Below are positions 35,601 through 50,600 of a DNA stretch of 64,000 nucleotides, piece after piece. The notes beneath the pieces were generated by a model. That model did no database searches. It saw nothing but the letters and a program-made list of their open reading frames with translations, and was not told where the DNA came from. A program made the position numbers and the translations under genes. Each line of letters starts with the position of its first letter. The stretch's first letter is position 1. The stretch comes from Nemertoderma westbladi (lineage: Eukaryota > Animalia > Xenacoelomorpha): NCBI GenBank assembly GCA_032718475.1, contig JAUCBJ010003385.1, forward strand, positions 1 through 64,000. The letters run 5' to 3'.

Positions 35601-38600
35601 ACCTTCATGGCAACTGTAATTAGGTACCAACGTTGTAGAACAACTAACCTTCATGGCAACTGTAATTAGGTACCAACGTTCTAGAACAACTAACCTTCAT
35701 GGCAACTGTAATTAGGTACCAACGTTCTAGAACAACTAACCTTCATGGCAACTGTAATTAGGTACCAACGTTCTAGAACAACTAACCTTCATGGCAACTG
35801 TAATTAGGTACCAACGTTGTAGAACAACTAACCTTCATGGCAACTGTAATTAGGTACCAACGTTCTAGAACAACTAACCTTCATGGCAACTGTAATTAGG
35901 TACCAACGTTGTAGAACAACTAACCTTCATGGCAACTGTAATTAGGTACCAACGTTCTAGAACAACTAACCTTCATGTCAAATGTAATTAGGTACCAACG
36001 TTCTATAACAACTAACCTTCATGGCAACTGTAATTAGGTACCAACGTTCTAGAAGAACTAACCTTCATGTCAAATGTAATTAGGTACCAACGTTCAAGAA
36101 CAACTAACCTTCATGGCAACTGTAATTAGGTACCAACGTTCTAGAACAACTAACCTTCATGTCAAATGTAATTAGGTACCAACGTTCAAGAACAACTAAC
36201 CTTCATGGCAACTGTAATTAGGTACCAACGTTCTAGAACAACTAACCTTCATGTCAAATGTAATTAGGTACCAACGTTCTAGAACAACTAACCTTCATGG
36301 CAACTGTAATTAGGTACCAACGTTCTAGAACAACTAACCTTCATGGCAACTGTAATTAGGTACCAACGTTCTAGAACAACTAACCTTCATGTCAAATGTA
36401 ATTAGGTACCAACGTTCTAGAACAACTAACCTTCATGGCAACTGTAATTAGGTACCAACGTTCTATAACAACTAACCTTCATGGCAACTGTAATTAGGTA
36501 CCAACGTTCAAGAACAACTAACCTTCATGGCAACTGTAATTAGGTACCAACGTTCTAGAACAACTAACCTTCATGGCAACTGTAATTAGGTACCAACGTT
36601 CTAGAACAACTAACCTTCATGTCAAATGTAATTAGGTACCAACGTTCTAGAACAACTAACCTTCATGGCAACTGTAATTAGGTACCAACGTTCTAGAACA
36701 ACTAACCTTCATGTCAAATGTAATTAGGTACCAACGTTCTAGAACAACTAACCTTCATGGCAACTGTAATTAGGTACCAACGTTCTAGAACAACTAACCT
36801 TCATGTCAAATGTAATTAGGTACCAACGTTCTAGAACAACTAACCTTCATGGCAACTGTAATTAGGTACCAACGTTCTAGAACAACTAACCTTCATGGCA
36901 ACTGTAATTAGGTACCAACGTTCTAGAACAACTAACCTTCATGTCAAATGTAATTAGGTACCAACGTTCTAGAACAACTAACCTTCATGGCAACTGTAAT
37001 TAGGTACCAACGTTGTAGAACAACTAACCTTCATGGCAACTGTAATTAGGTACCAACGTTCTATAACAACTAACCTTCATGGCAACTGTAATTAGGTACC
37101 AACGTTCTAGAAGAACTAACCTTCATGTCAAATGTAATTAGGTACCAACGTTCAAGAACAACTAACCTTCATGGCAACTGTAATTAGGTACCAACGTTCT
37201 AGAACAACTAACCTTCATGTCAAATGTAATTAGGTACCAACGTTCAAGAACAACTAACCTTCATGGCAACTGTAATTAGGTACCAACGTTCTAGAACAAC
37301 TAACCTTCATGTCAAATGTAATTAGGTACCAACGTTCTATAACAACTAACCTTCATGGCAACTGTAATTAGGTACCAACGTTCAAGAACAACTAACCTTC
37401 ATGTCAAATGTAATTAGGTACCAACGTTCTATAACAACTAACCTTCATGTCAAATGTAATTAGGTACCAACGTTCTATAACAACTAACCTTCATGGCAAC
37501 TGTAATTAGGTACCAACGTTCTAGAACAACTAACCTTCATGGCAACTGTAATTAGGTACCAACGTTCAAGAACAACTAACCTTCATGGCAACTGTAATTA
37601 GGTACCAACGTTGTAGAACAACTAACCTTCATGGCAACTGTAATTAGGTACCAACGTTCTAGAACAACTAACCTTCATGGCAACTGTAATTAGGTACCAA
37701 CGTTCTAGAACAACTAACCTTCATGGCAACTGTAATTAGGTACCAACGTTCAAGAACAACTAACCTTCATGGCAACTGTAATTAGGTACCAACGTTCTAG
37801 AACAACTAACCTTCATGGCAACTGTAATTAGGTACCAACGTTCTAGAAGAACTAACCTTCATGTCAAATGTAATTAGGTACCAACGTTCAAGAACAACTA
37901 ACCTTCATGGCAACTGTAATTAGCTACCAACGTTCTAGAACAACTAACCTTCATGGCAACTGTAATTAGGTACCAACGTTCAAGAACAACTAACCTTCAT
38001 GGCAACTGTAATTAGGTACCAACGTTCTAGAACAACTAACCTTCATGGCAACTGTAATTAGGTACCAACGTTCTAGAACAACTAACCTTCATGTCAAATG
38101 TAATTAGGTACCAACGTTCTATAACAACTAACCTTCATGGCAACTGTAATTAGGTACCAACGTTCAAGAACAACTAACCTTCATGGCAACTGTAATTAGG
38201 TACCAACGTTCAAAAACAACTAACCTTCATGGCAACTGTAATTAGGTACCAACGTTCAAGAACAACTAACCTTCATGTCAAATGTAATTAGGTACCAACG
38301 TTCTATAACAACTAACCTTCATGGCAACTGTAATTAGGTACCAACGTTCTAGAACAACTAACCTTCATGTCAAATGTAATTAGGTACCAACGTTCTATAA
38401 CAACTAACCTTCATGGCAACTGTAATTAGGTACCAACGTTCAAGAACAACTAACCTTCATGTCAAATGTAATTAGGTACCAACGTTCTATAACAACTAAC
38501 CTTCATGGCAACTGTAATTAGGTACCAACGTTCTAGAACAACTAACCTTCATGTCAAATGTAATTAGGTACCAACGTTCTATAACAACTAACCTTCATGG

Positions 38601-41600
38601 CAACTGTAATTAGGTACCAACGTTCTAGAACAACTAACCTTCATGTCAAATGTAATTAGGTACCAACGTTCTATAACAACTAACCTTCATGGCAACTGTA
38701 ATTAGGTACCAACGTTCTAGAACAACTAACCTTCATGTCAAATGTAATTAGGTACCAACGTTCTATAACAACTAACCTTCATGGCAACTGTAATTAGGTA
38801 CCAACGTTCAAGAACAACTAACCTTCATGGCAACTGTAATTAGGTACCAACGTTCAAGAACAACTAACCTTCATGGCAACTGTAATTAGGTACCAACGTT
38901 CAAGAACAACTAACCTTCATGGCAACTGTAATTAGGTACCAACGTTCTAGAACAACTAACCTTCATGGCAACTGTAATTAGGTACCAACGTTCAAGAACA
39001 ACTAACCTTCATGTCAAATGTAATTAGGTACCAACGTTCAAGAACAACTAACCTTCATGGCAACTGTAATTAGGTACCAACGTTCAAGAACAACTAACCT
39101 TCATGGCAACTGTAATTAGGTACCAACGTTCAAGAACAACTAACCTTCATGGCAACTGTAATTAGGTACCAACGTTCAAGAACAACTAACCTTCATGGCA
39201 ACTGTAATTAGGTACCAACGTTCTAGAACAACTAACCTTCATGGCAACTGTAATTAGGTACCAACGTTCTAGAACAACTAACCTTCATGGCAACTGTAAT
39301 TAGGTACCAACGTTCTAGAACAACTAACCTTCATGGCAACTGTAATTAGGTACCAACGTTCAAGAACAACTAACCTTCATGGCAACTGTAATTAGGTACC
39401 AACGTTCTAGAACAACTAACCTTCATGGCAACTGTAATTAGGTACCAACGTTCTAGAACAACTAACCTTCATGTCAAATGTAATTAGGTACCAACGTTCT
39501 ATAACAACTAACCTTCATGGCAACTGTAATTAGGTACCAACGTTCAAGAACAACTAACCTTCATGGCAACTGTAATTAGGTACCAACGTTCAAGAACAAC
39601 TAACCTTCATGGCAACTGTAATTAGGTACCAACGTTCAAGAACAACTAACCTTCATGTCAAATGTAATTAGGTACCAACGTTCTATAACAACTAACCTTC
39701 ATGGCAACTGTAATTAGGTACCAACGTTCAAGAACAACTAACCTTCATGGCAACTGTAATTAGGTACCAACGTTCTAGAACAACTAACCTTCATGGCAAC
39801 TGTAATTAGGTACCAACGTTCTAGAACAACTAACCTTCATGGCAACTGTAATTAGGTACCAACGTTCTAGAACAACTAACCTTCATGGCAACTGTAATTA
39901 GGTACCAACGTTGTAGAACAACTAACCTTCATGGCAACTGTAATTAGGTACCAACGTTCTAGAACAACTAACCTTCATGGCAACTGTAATTAGGTACCAA
40001 CGTTCTAGAACAACTAACCTTCATGGCAACTGTAATTAGGTACCAACGTTCAAGAACAACTAACCTTCATGGCAACTGTAATTAGGTACCAACGTTCAAG
40101 AACAACTAACCTTCATGTCAAATGTAATTAGGTACCAACGTTCTAGAACAACTAACCTTCATGGCAACTGTAATTAGGTACCAACGTTCTAGAACAACTA
40201 ACCTTCATGGCAACTGTAATTAGGTACCAACGTTCTAGAAGAACTAACCTTCATGGCAACTGTAATTAGGTACCAACGTTCTACAACAACTAACCTTCAT
40301 GGCAACTGTAATTAGGTACCAACGTTCTATAACAACTAACCTTCATGGCAACTGTAATTAGGTACCAACGTTCTAGAACAACTAACCTTCATGGCAACTG
40401 TAATTAGGTACCAACGTTCTAGAACAACTAACCTTCATGGCAACTGTAATTAGGTACCAACGTTGTAGAACAACTAACCTTCATGGCAACTGTAATTAGG
40501 TACCAACGTTCTAGAACAACTAACCTTCATGGCAACTGTAATTAGGTACCAACGTTGTAGAACAACTAACCTTCATGGCAACTGTAATTAGGTACCAACG
40601 TTGTAGAACAACTAACCTTCATGGCAACTGTAATTAGGTACCAACGTTCTAGAACAACTAACCTTCATGGCAACTGTAATTAGGTACCAACGTTCAAGAA
40701 CAACTAACCTTCATGGCAACTGTAATTAGGTACCAACGTTCTAGAACAACTAACCTTCATGGCAACTGTAATTAGGTACCAACGTTCTAGAACAACTAAC
40801 CTTCATGGCAACTGTAATTAGGTACCAACGTTGTAGAACAACTAACCTTCATGGCAACTGTAATTAGGTACCAACGTTCTAGAACAACTAACCTTCATGT
40901 CAAATGTAATTAGGTACCAACGTTCTATAACAACTAACCTTCATGGCAACTGTAATTAGGTACCAACGTTCAAGAACAACTAACCTTCATGGCAACTGTA
41001 ATTAGGTACCAACGTTCTAGAACAACTAACCTTCATGTCAAATGTAATTAGGTACCAACGTTCAAGAACAACTAACCTTCATGGCAACTGTAATTAGGTA
41101 CCAACGTTCTAGAACAACTAACCTTCATGGCAACTGTAATTAGGTACCAACGTTGTAGAACAACTAACCTTCATGTCAAATGTAATTAGGTACCAACGTT
41201 CAAGAACAACTAACCTTCATGGCAACTGTAATTAGGTACCAACGTTCTAGAACAACTAACCTTCATGTCAACTGTAATTAGGTACCAACGTTCTAGAACA
41301 ACTAACCTTCATGGCAACTGTAATTAGGTACCAACGTTCTAGAACAACTAACCTTCATGGCAACTGTAATTAGGTACCAACGTTCTAGAACAACTAACCT
41401 TCATGGCAACTGTAATTAGGTACCAACGTTCTAGAACAACTAACCTTCATGGCAACTGTAATTAGGTACCAACGTTCTAGAACAACTAACCTTCATGGCA
41501 ACTGTAATTAGGTACCAACGTTCTAGAACAACTAACCTTCATGGCAACTGTAATTAGGTACCAACGTTCTAGAACAACTAACCTTCATGGCAACTGTAAT

Positions 41601-44600
41601 TAGGTACCAACGTTCAAGAACAACTAACCTTCATGTCAAATGTAATTAGGTACCAACGTTCTATAACAACTAACCTTCATGGCAACTGTAATTAGGTACC
41701 AACGTTCTAGAACAACTAACCTTCATGTCAAATGTAATTAGGTACCAACGTTCTATAACAACTAACCTTCATGGCAACTGTAATTAGGTACCAACGTTCT
41801 AGAACAACTAACCTTCATGTCAAATGTAATTAGGTACCAACGTTCTATAACAACTAACCTTCATGGCAACTGTAATTAGGTACCAACGTTCTAGAACAAC
41901 TAACCTTCATGTCAAATGTAATTAGGTACCAACGTTCTATAACAACTAACCTTCATGGCAACTGTAATTAGGTACCAACGTTCAAGAACAACTAACCTTC
42001 ATGGCAACTGTAATTAGGTACCAACGTTCAAGAACAACTAACCTTCATGGCAACTGTAATTAGGTACCAACGTTCAAGAACAACTAACCTTCATGGCAAC
42101 TGTAATTAGGTACCAACGTTCTAGAACAACTAACCTTCATGGCAACTGTAATTAGGTACCAACGTTCAAGAACAACTAACCTTCATGTCAAATGTAATTA
42201 GGTACCAACGTTCAAGAACAACTAACCTTCATGGCAACTGTAATTAGGTACCAACGTTCAAGAACAACTAACCTTCATGGCAACTGTAATTAGGTACCAA
42301 CGTTCAAGAACAACTAACCTTCATGGCAACTGTAATTAGGTACCAACGTTCAAGAACAACTAACCTTCATGGCAACTGTAATTAGGTACCAACGTTCTAG
42401 AACAACTAACCTTCATGGCAACTGTAATTAGGTACCAACGTTCTAGAACAACTAACCTTCATGGCAACTGTAATTAGGTACCAACGTTCTAGAACAACTA
42501 ACCTTCATGGCAACTGTAATTAGGTACCAACGTTCTAGAACAACTAACCTTCATGGCAACTGTAATTAGGTACCAACGTTCTAGAACAACTAACCTTCAT
42601 GGCAACTGTAATTAGGTACCAACGTTCTAGAACAACTAACCTTCATGTCAAATGTAATTAGGTACCAACGTTCTATAACAACTAACCTTCATGGCAACTG
42701 TAATTAGGTACCAACGTTCAAGAACAACTAACCTTCATGGCAACTGTAATTAGGTACCAACGTTCAAGAACAACTAACCTTCATGGCAACTGTAATTAGG
42801 TACCAACGTTCAAGAACAACTAACCTTCATGTCAAATGTAATTAGGTACCAACGTTCTATAACAACTAACCTTCATGGCAACTGTAATTAGGTACCAACG
42901 TTCAAGAACAACTAACCTTCATGGCAACTGTAATTAGGTACCAACGTTCTAGAACAACTAACCTTCATGGCAACTGTAATTAGGTACCAACGTTCTAGAA
43001 CAACTAACCTTCATGGCAACTGTAATTAGGTACCAACGTTCTAGAACAACTAACCTTCATGGCAACTGTAATTAGGTACCAACGTTGTAGAACAACTAAC
43101 CTTCATGGCAACTGTAATTAGGTACCAACGTTCTAGAACAACTAACCTTCATGGCAACTGTAATTAGGTACCAACGTTCTAGAACAACTAACCTTCATGG
43201 CAACTGTAATTAGGTACCAACGTTCAAGAACAACTAACCTTCATGGCAACTGTAATTAGGTACCAACGTTCTAGAACAACTAACCTTCATGTCAAATGTA
43301 ATTAGGTACCAACGTTCTAGAACAACTAACCTTCATGGCAACTGTAATTAGGTACCAACGTTCTAGAACAACTAACCTTCATGGCAACTGTAATTAGGTA
43401 CCAACGTTCTAGAAGAACTAACCTTCATGGCAACTGTAATTAGGTACCAACGTTCTACAACAACTAACCTTCATGGCAACTGTAATTAGGTACCAACGTT
43501 CTATAACAACTAACCTTCATGGCAACTGTAATTAGGTACCAACGTTCTAGAACAACTAACCTTCATGGCAACTGTAATTAGGTACCAACGTTCTAGAACA
43601 ACTAACCTTCATGGCAACTGTAATTAGGTACCAACGTTGTAGAACAACTAACCTTCATGGCAACTGTAATTAGGTACCAACGTTCTAGAACAACTAACCT
43701 TCATGGCAACTGTAATTAGGTACCAACGTTGTAGAACAACTAACCTTCATGGCAACTGTAATTAGGTACCAACGTTGTAGAACAACTAACCTTCATGGCA
43801 ACTGTAATTAGGTACCAACGTTCTAGAACAACTAACCTTCATGGCAACTGTAATTAGGTACCAACGTTCAAGAACAACTAACCTTCATGGCAACTGTAAT
43901 TAGGTACCAACGTTCTAGAACAACTAACCTTCATGGCAACTGTAATTAGGTACCAACGTTCTAGAACAACTAACCTTCATGGCAACTGTAATTAGGTACC
44001 AACGTTGTAGAACAACTAACCTTCATGGCAACTGTAATTAGGTACCAACGTTCTAGAACAACTAACCTTCATGTCAAATGTAATTAGGTACCAACGTTCT
44101 ATAACAACTAACCTTCATGGCAACTGTAATTAGGTACCAACGTTCAAGAACAACTAACCTTCATGGCAACTGTAATTAGGTACCAACGTTCTAGAACAAC
44201 TAACCTTCATGTCAAATGTAATTAGGTACCAACGTTCAAGAACAACTAACCTTCATGGCAACTGTAATTAGGTACCAACGTTCTAGAACAACTAACCTTC
44301 ATGGCAACTGTAATTAGGTACCAACGTTGTAGAACAACTAACCTTCATGTCAAATGTAATTAGGTACCAACGTTCAAGAACAACTAACCTTCATGGCAAC
44401 TGTAATTAGGTACCAACGTTCTAGAACAACTAACCTTCATGTCAACTGTAATTAGGTACCAACGTTCTAGAACAACTAACCTTCATGGCAACTGTAATTA
44501 GGTACCAACGTTCTAGAACAACTAACCTTCATGTCAACTGTAATTAGGTACCAACGTTCTAGAACAACTAACCTTCATGGCAACTGTAATTAGGTACCAA

Positions 44601-47600
44601 CGTTCTAGAACAACTAACCTTCATGGCAACTGTAATTAGGTGCCAACGTTCTAGAACTACTAGCCTTCATGGCAACTGTAATTAGGTACCAACGTTCTAG
44701 AACAACTAACCTTCATGGCAACTGTAATTAGGTACCAACGTTCTAGAACAACTAACCTTCATGTCAAATGTAATTAGGTACCAACGTTCAAGAACAACTA
44801 ACCTTCATGGCAACTGTAATTAGGTACCAACGTTCTAGAACAACTAACCTTCATGGCAACTGTAATTAGGTACCAACGTTCTAGAACAACTAACCTTCAT
44901 GGCAACTGTAATTAGGTACCAACGTTCTAGAACAACTAACCTTCATGGCAACTGTAATTAGGTACCAACGTTCTAGAACAACTAACCTTCATGGCAACTG
45001 TAATTAGGTACCAACGTTCTAGAACAACTAACCTTCATGGCAACTGTAATTAGGTACCAACGTTCTAGAACAACTAACCTTCATGGCAACTGTAATTAGG
45101 TACCAACGTTCTAGAACAACTAACCTTCATGGCAACTGTAATTAGGTACCAACGTTCTAGAACAACTAACCTTCATGGCAACTGTAATTAGGTACCAACG
45201 TTCTAGAACAACTAACCTTCATGGCAACTGTAATTAGGTACCAACGTTCTAGAACAACTAACCTTCATGGCAACTGTAATTAGGTACCAACGTTCTAGAA
45301 CAACTAACCTTCATGGCAACTGTAATTAGGTACCAACGTTGTAGAACAACTAACCTTCATGGCAACTGTAATTAGGTACCAACGTTCTAGAACAACTAAC
45401 CTTCATGTCAAATGTAATTAGGTACCAACGTTCTAGAACAACTAACCTTCATGTCAAATGTAATTAGGTACCAACGTTCTATAACAACTAACCTTCATGG
45501 CAACTGTAATTAGGTACCAACGTTCTAGAACAACTAACCTTCATGTCAAATGTAATTAGGTACCAACGTTCTAGAACAACTAACCTTCATGTCAAATGTA
45601 ATTAGGTACCAACGTTCTACAACAACTAACCTTCATGGCAACTGTAATTAGGTACCAACGTTCTATAACAACTAACCTTCATGGCAACTGTAATTAGGTA
45701 CCAACGTTCTAGAACAACTAACCTTCATGGCAACTGTAATTAGGTACCAACGTTCTAGAACAACTAACCTTCATGGCAACTGTAATTAGGTACCAACGTT
45801 GTAGAACAACTAACCTTCATGGCAACTGTAATTAGGTACCAACGTACTAGAACAACTAACCTTCATGGCAACTGTAATTAGGTACCAACGTTGTAGAACA
45901 ACTAACCTTCATGGCAACTGTAATTAGGTACCAACGTTGTAGAACAACTAACCTTCATGGCAACTGTAATTAGGTACCAACGTTCTAGAACAACTAACCT
46001 TCATGGCAACTGTAATTAGGTACCAACGTTCAAGAACAACTAACCTTCATGGCAACTGTAATTAGGTACCAACGTTCTAGAACAACTAACCTTCATGGCA
46101 ACTGTAATTAGGTACCAACGTTCTAGAACAACTAACCTTCATGGCAACTGTAATTAGGTACCAACGTTGTAGAACAACTAACCTTCATGGCAACTGTAAT
46201 TAGGTACCAACGTTCTAGAACAACTAACCTTCATGTCAAATGTAATTAGGTACCAACGTTCTATAACAACTAACCTTCATGGCAACTGTAATTAGGTACC
46301 AACGTTCAAGAACAACTAACCTTCATGGCAACTGTAATTAGGTACCAACGTTCTAGAACAACTAACCTTCATGTCAAATGTAATTAGGTACCAACGTTCA
46401 AGAACAACTAACCTTCATGGCAACTGTAATTAGGTACCAACGTTCTAGAACAACTAACCTTCATGGCAACTGTAATTAGGTACCAACGTTGTAGAACAAC
46501 TAACCTTCATGTCAAATGTAATTAGGTACCAACGTTCAAGAACAACTAACCTTCATGGCAACTGTAATTAGGTACCAACGTTCTAGAACAACTAACCTTC
46601 ATGGCAACTGTAATTAGGTACCAACGTTCTAGAACAACTAACCTTCATGTCAAATGTAATTAGGTACCAACGTTCTAGAACAACTAACCTTCATGGCAAC
46701 TGTAATTAGGTACCAACGTTCTAGAACAACTAACCTTCATGGCAACTGTAATTAGGTACCAACGTTCTAGAACAACTAACCTTCATGGCAACTGTAATTA
46801 GGTACCAACGTTCTAGAACAACTAACCTTCATGGCAACTGTAATTAGGTACCAACGTTCTAGAACAACTAACCTTCATGGCAACTGTAATTAGGTACCAA
46901 CGTTCTAGAACAACTAACCTTCATGGCAACTGTAATTAGGTACCAACGTTCTAGAACAACTAACCTTCATGTCAAATGTAATTAGGTACCAACGTTCTAT
47001 AACAACTAACCTTCATGGCAACTGTAATTAGGTACCAACGTTCAAGAACAACTAACCTTCATGGCAACTGTAATTAGGTACCAATGTTCTAGAACAACTA
47101 ACCTTCATGTCAAATGTAATTAGGTACCAACGTTCAAGAACAACTAACCTTCATGGCAACTGTAATTAGGTACCAACGTTCTAGAAGAACTAACCTTCAT
47201 GTCAAATGTAATTAGGTACCAACGTTCAAGAACAACTAACCTTCATGGCAACTGTAATTAGGTACCAACGTTCTAGAACAACTAACCTTCATGGCAACTG
47301 TAATTAGGTACCAACGTTCTAGAACAACTAACCTTCATGGCAACTGTAATTAGGTACCAACGTTCTAGAACAACTAACCTTCATGGCAACTGTAATTAGG
47401 TACCAACGTTGTAGAACAACTAACCTTCATGGCAACTGTAATTAGGTACCAACGTTCTAGAACAACTAACCGTCATGGCAACTGTAAATAGGTACCAACG
47501 TTCTAGAAGAACTAACCTTCATGGCAACTGTAATTAGCTACCAACGTTCTAGAACAACTAACCGTCATGGCAACAGTAATTAGGTACCATCGTTCTAGAA

Positions 47601-50600
47601 CAACTAACCGTCATGGCAACTGTAAATAGGTACCAACGTTCTAGAACAACTAACCGACATGGCAACTGTAATTAGCTACCAACGTTCTAGAACAACTAAC
47701 CGTCATGGCAACAGTAATTAGGTACCAACGTTCTAGAACAACTAACCGTCATGGCAACTGTAAATAGGTACCAACGTTCTAGAACAACTAACCTTCATGG
47801 CAACTGTAATTAGCTACCAACGTTCTAGAACAACTAACCGTCATGGCAACAGTAATTAGGTACCAACGTTCTAGAACAACTAACCGTCATGGCAACTGTA
47901 ATTAGCTACCAACGTTCTAGAACAACTAACCGTCATGGCAACAGTAATTAGGTAACAACGTTCTAGAACAACTAACCGTCATGGCAACTGTAAATAGGTA
48001 CCAACGTTCTAGAACAACTAACCGACATGGCAACTGTAATTAGGTACCAACGTTCTAGAACAACTAACCGTCATGGCAACAGTAATTAGGTACCAACGTT
48101 CTAGAACAACTAACCGTCATGGCAACTGTAAATAGGTACCAACGTTCTAGAACAACTAACCGACATGGCAACTGTAATTAGGTACCAACGTTCTAGAACA
48201 ACTAACCGTCATGGCAACAGTAATTAGGTACCAACGTTCTAGAACAACTAACCTTCATGGCAACTGTAATTAGGTACCAACGTTCTAGAAGAACTAACCT
48301 TCATGGCAACTGTAATTAGCTACCAACGTTCTAGAACAACTAACCGTCATGGCAACAGTAATTAGGTACCAACGTTCTAGAACAACTAACCGTCATGGCA
48401 ACTGTAAATAGGTACCAACGTTCTAGAACAACTAACCGACATGGCAACTGTAATTAGGTACCAACGTTCTAGAACAACTAACCGTCATGGCAACAGTAAT
48501 TAGGTACCAACGTTCTAGAACAACTAACCTTCATGGCAACTGTAATTAGGTACTAACGTTCTAGAACAACTAACCTTCATGGCAACTGTAATTAAGGTCA
48601 CGAACGTTCTAGAACAACTAACCGTCATGGCAACTGTAATTAGGTACCAACGTTCTAGAACAACTAACCTTCATGGCAACTGTAATTAGGTACCAACGTT
48701 CTAGAACAACTAACCTTCATGGCAACTGTAATTAGGTACTAACGTTCTAGAACAACTAACCTTCATGGCAACTGTAATTAAGGTCACGAACGTTCTAGAA
48801 GAACTAACCTTCATGGCAACTGTAATTAGGTACCAACGTTCTAGAACAACTAACCTTCATGGCAACTGTAATTAGGTACCAACGTTCTAGAACAACTAGC
48901 CTTCATGGCAACTGTAATTAGGTACTAACGTTCTAGAACAACTAACCTTCATGGCAACTGTAATTAAGGTCACGAACGTTCTAGAAGAACTAACCTTCAT
49001 GGCAACTGTAATTAGGTACCAACGTTCAAGAACAACTAACCTTCATGGCAACTGTAATTAGGTACCAACGTTCTAGAAGAACTAACCTTCATGGCAACTG
49101 TAATTAGGTACCAACGTTCTAGAACAACTAACCTTCATGGCAACTGTAATTAGGTACCAACGTTCTAGAACAACTAACCTTCATGGCAACTGTAATTAGG
49201 TACCAACGTTCTAGAACTACTAACCTTCATGGCAACTGTAATTAGGTACCAACGTTCTAGAACAACTAACCTTCATGGCAACTGTAATTAGGTACTAACG
49301 TTCTAGAACAACTAACCTTCATGGCAACTGTAATTAGGTACCAACGTTCTAGAACAACTAACCTTCATGGCAACTGTAATTAGGTACCAACGTTCTAGAA
49401 CAACTAACCTTCATGGCAACTGTAATTAGGTACCAACGTTCTAGAACAACTAACCTTCATGGCAACTGTAATTAGGTACCAACGTTCTAGAACAACTAAC
49501 CTTCATGGCAACTGTAATTAGGTACCAACGTTCAAGAACAACTAACCTTCATGGCAACTGTAATTAGGTACCAACGTTCTAGAACAACTAACCTTCATGG
49601 CAACTGTAATTAGGTACCAACGTTCTAGAACAACTAACCTTCATGGCAACTGTAATTAGGTACCAACGTTCAAGAACAACTAACCTTCATGGCAACTGTA
49701 ATTAGGTACCAACGTTCTAGAACAACTAACCTTCATGGCAACTGTAATTAGGTACCAACGTTCTAGAACAACTAACCTTCATGGCAACTGTAATTAGGTA
49801 CCAACGTTCTAGAACAACTAACCTTCATGGCAACTGTAATTAGGTACCAACGTTCTAGAACAACTAACCTTCATGGCAACTGTAATTAGGTACCAACGTT
49901 CAAGAACAACTAACCTTCATGGCAACTGTAATTAGGTACCAACGTTCTAGAACAACTAACCTTCATGGCAACTGTAATTAGGTACCAACGTTCTAGAACA
50001 ACTAACCTTCATGGCAACTGTAATTAGGTACCAACGTTCAAGAACAACTAACCTTCATGGCAACTGTAATTAGGTACCAACGTTCTAGAACAACTAACCT
50101 TCATGGCAACTGTAATTAGGTACCAACGTTCTAGAACAACTAACCTTCATGGCAACTGTAATTAGGTACCAACGTTCTAGAACAACTAACCTTCATGGCA
50201 ACTGTAATTAGGTACCAACGTTCTAGAACAACTAACCTTCATGGCAACTGTAATTAGGTACCAACGTTCTAGAACAACTAACCTTCATGGCAACTGTAAT
50301 TAGGTACCAACGTTCTAGAACAACTAACCTTCATGGCAACTGTAATTAGGTACCAACGTTCTAGAAGAACTAACCTTCATGGCAACTGTAATTAGGTACC
50401 AACGTTCTAGAACAACTAACCTTCATGGCAACTGTAATTAGGTACCAACGTTCTAGAAGAACTAACCTTCATGGCAACTGTAATTAGGTACCAACGTTCT
50501 AGAACAACTAACCTTCATGGCAACTGTAATTAGGTACCAACGTTCTATAACAACTAACCTTCATGGCAACTGTAATTAGGTACCAACGTTCAAGAACAAC

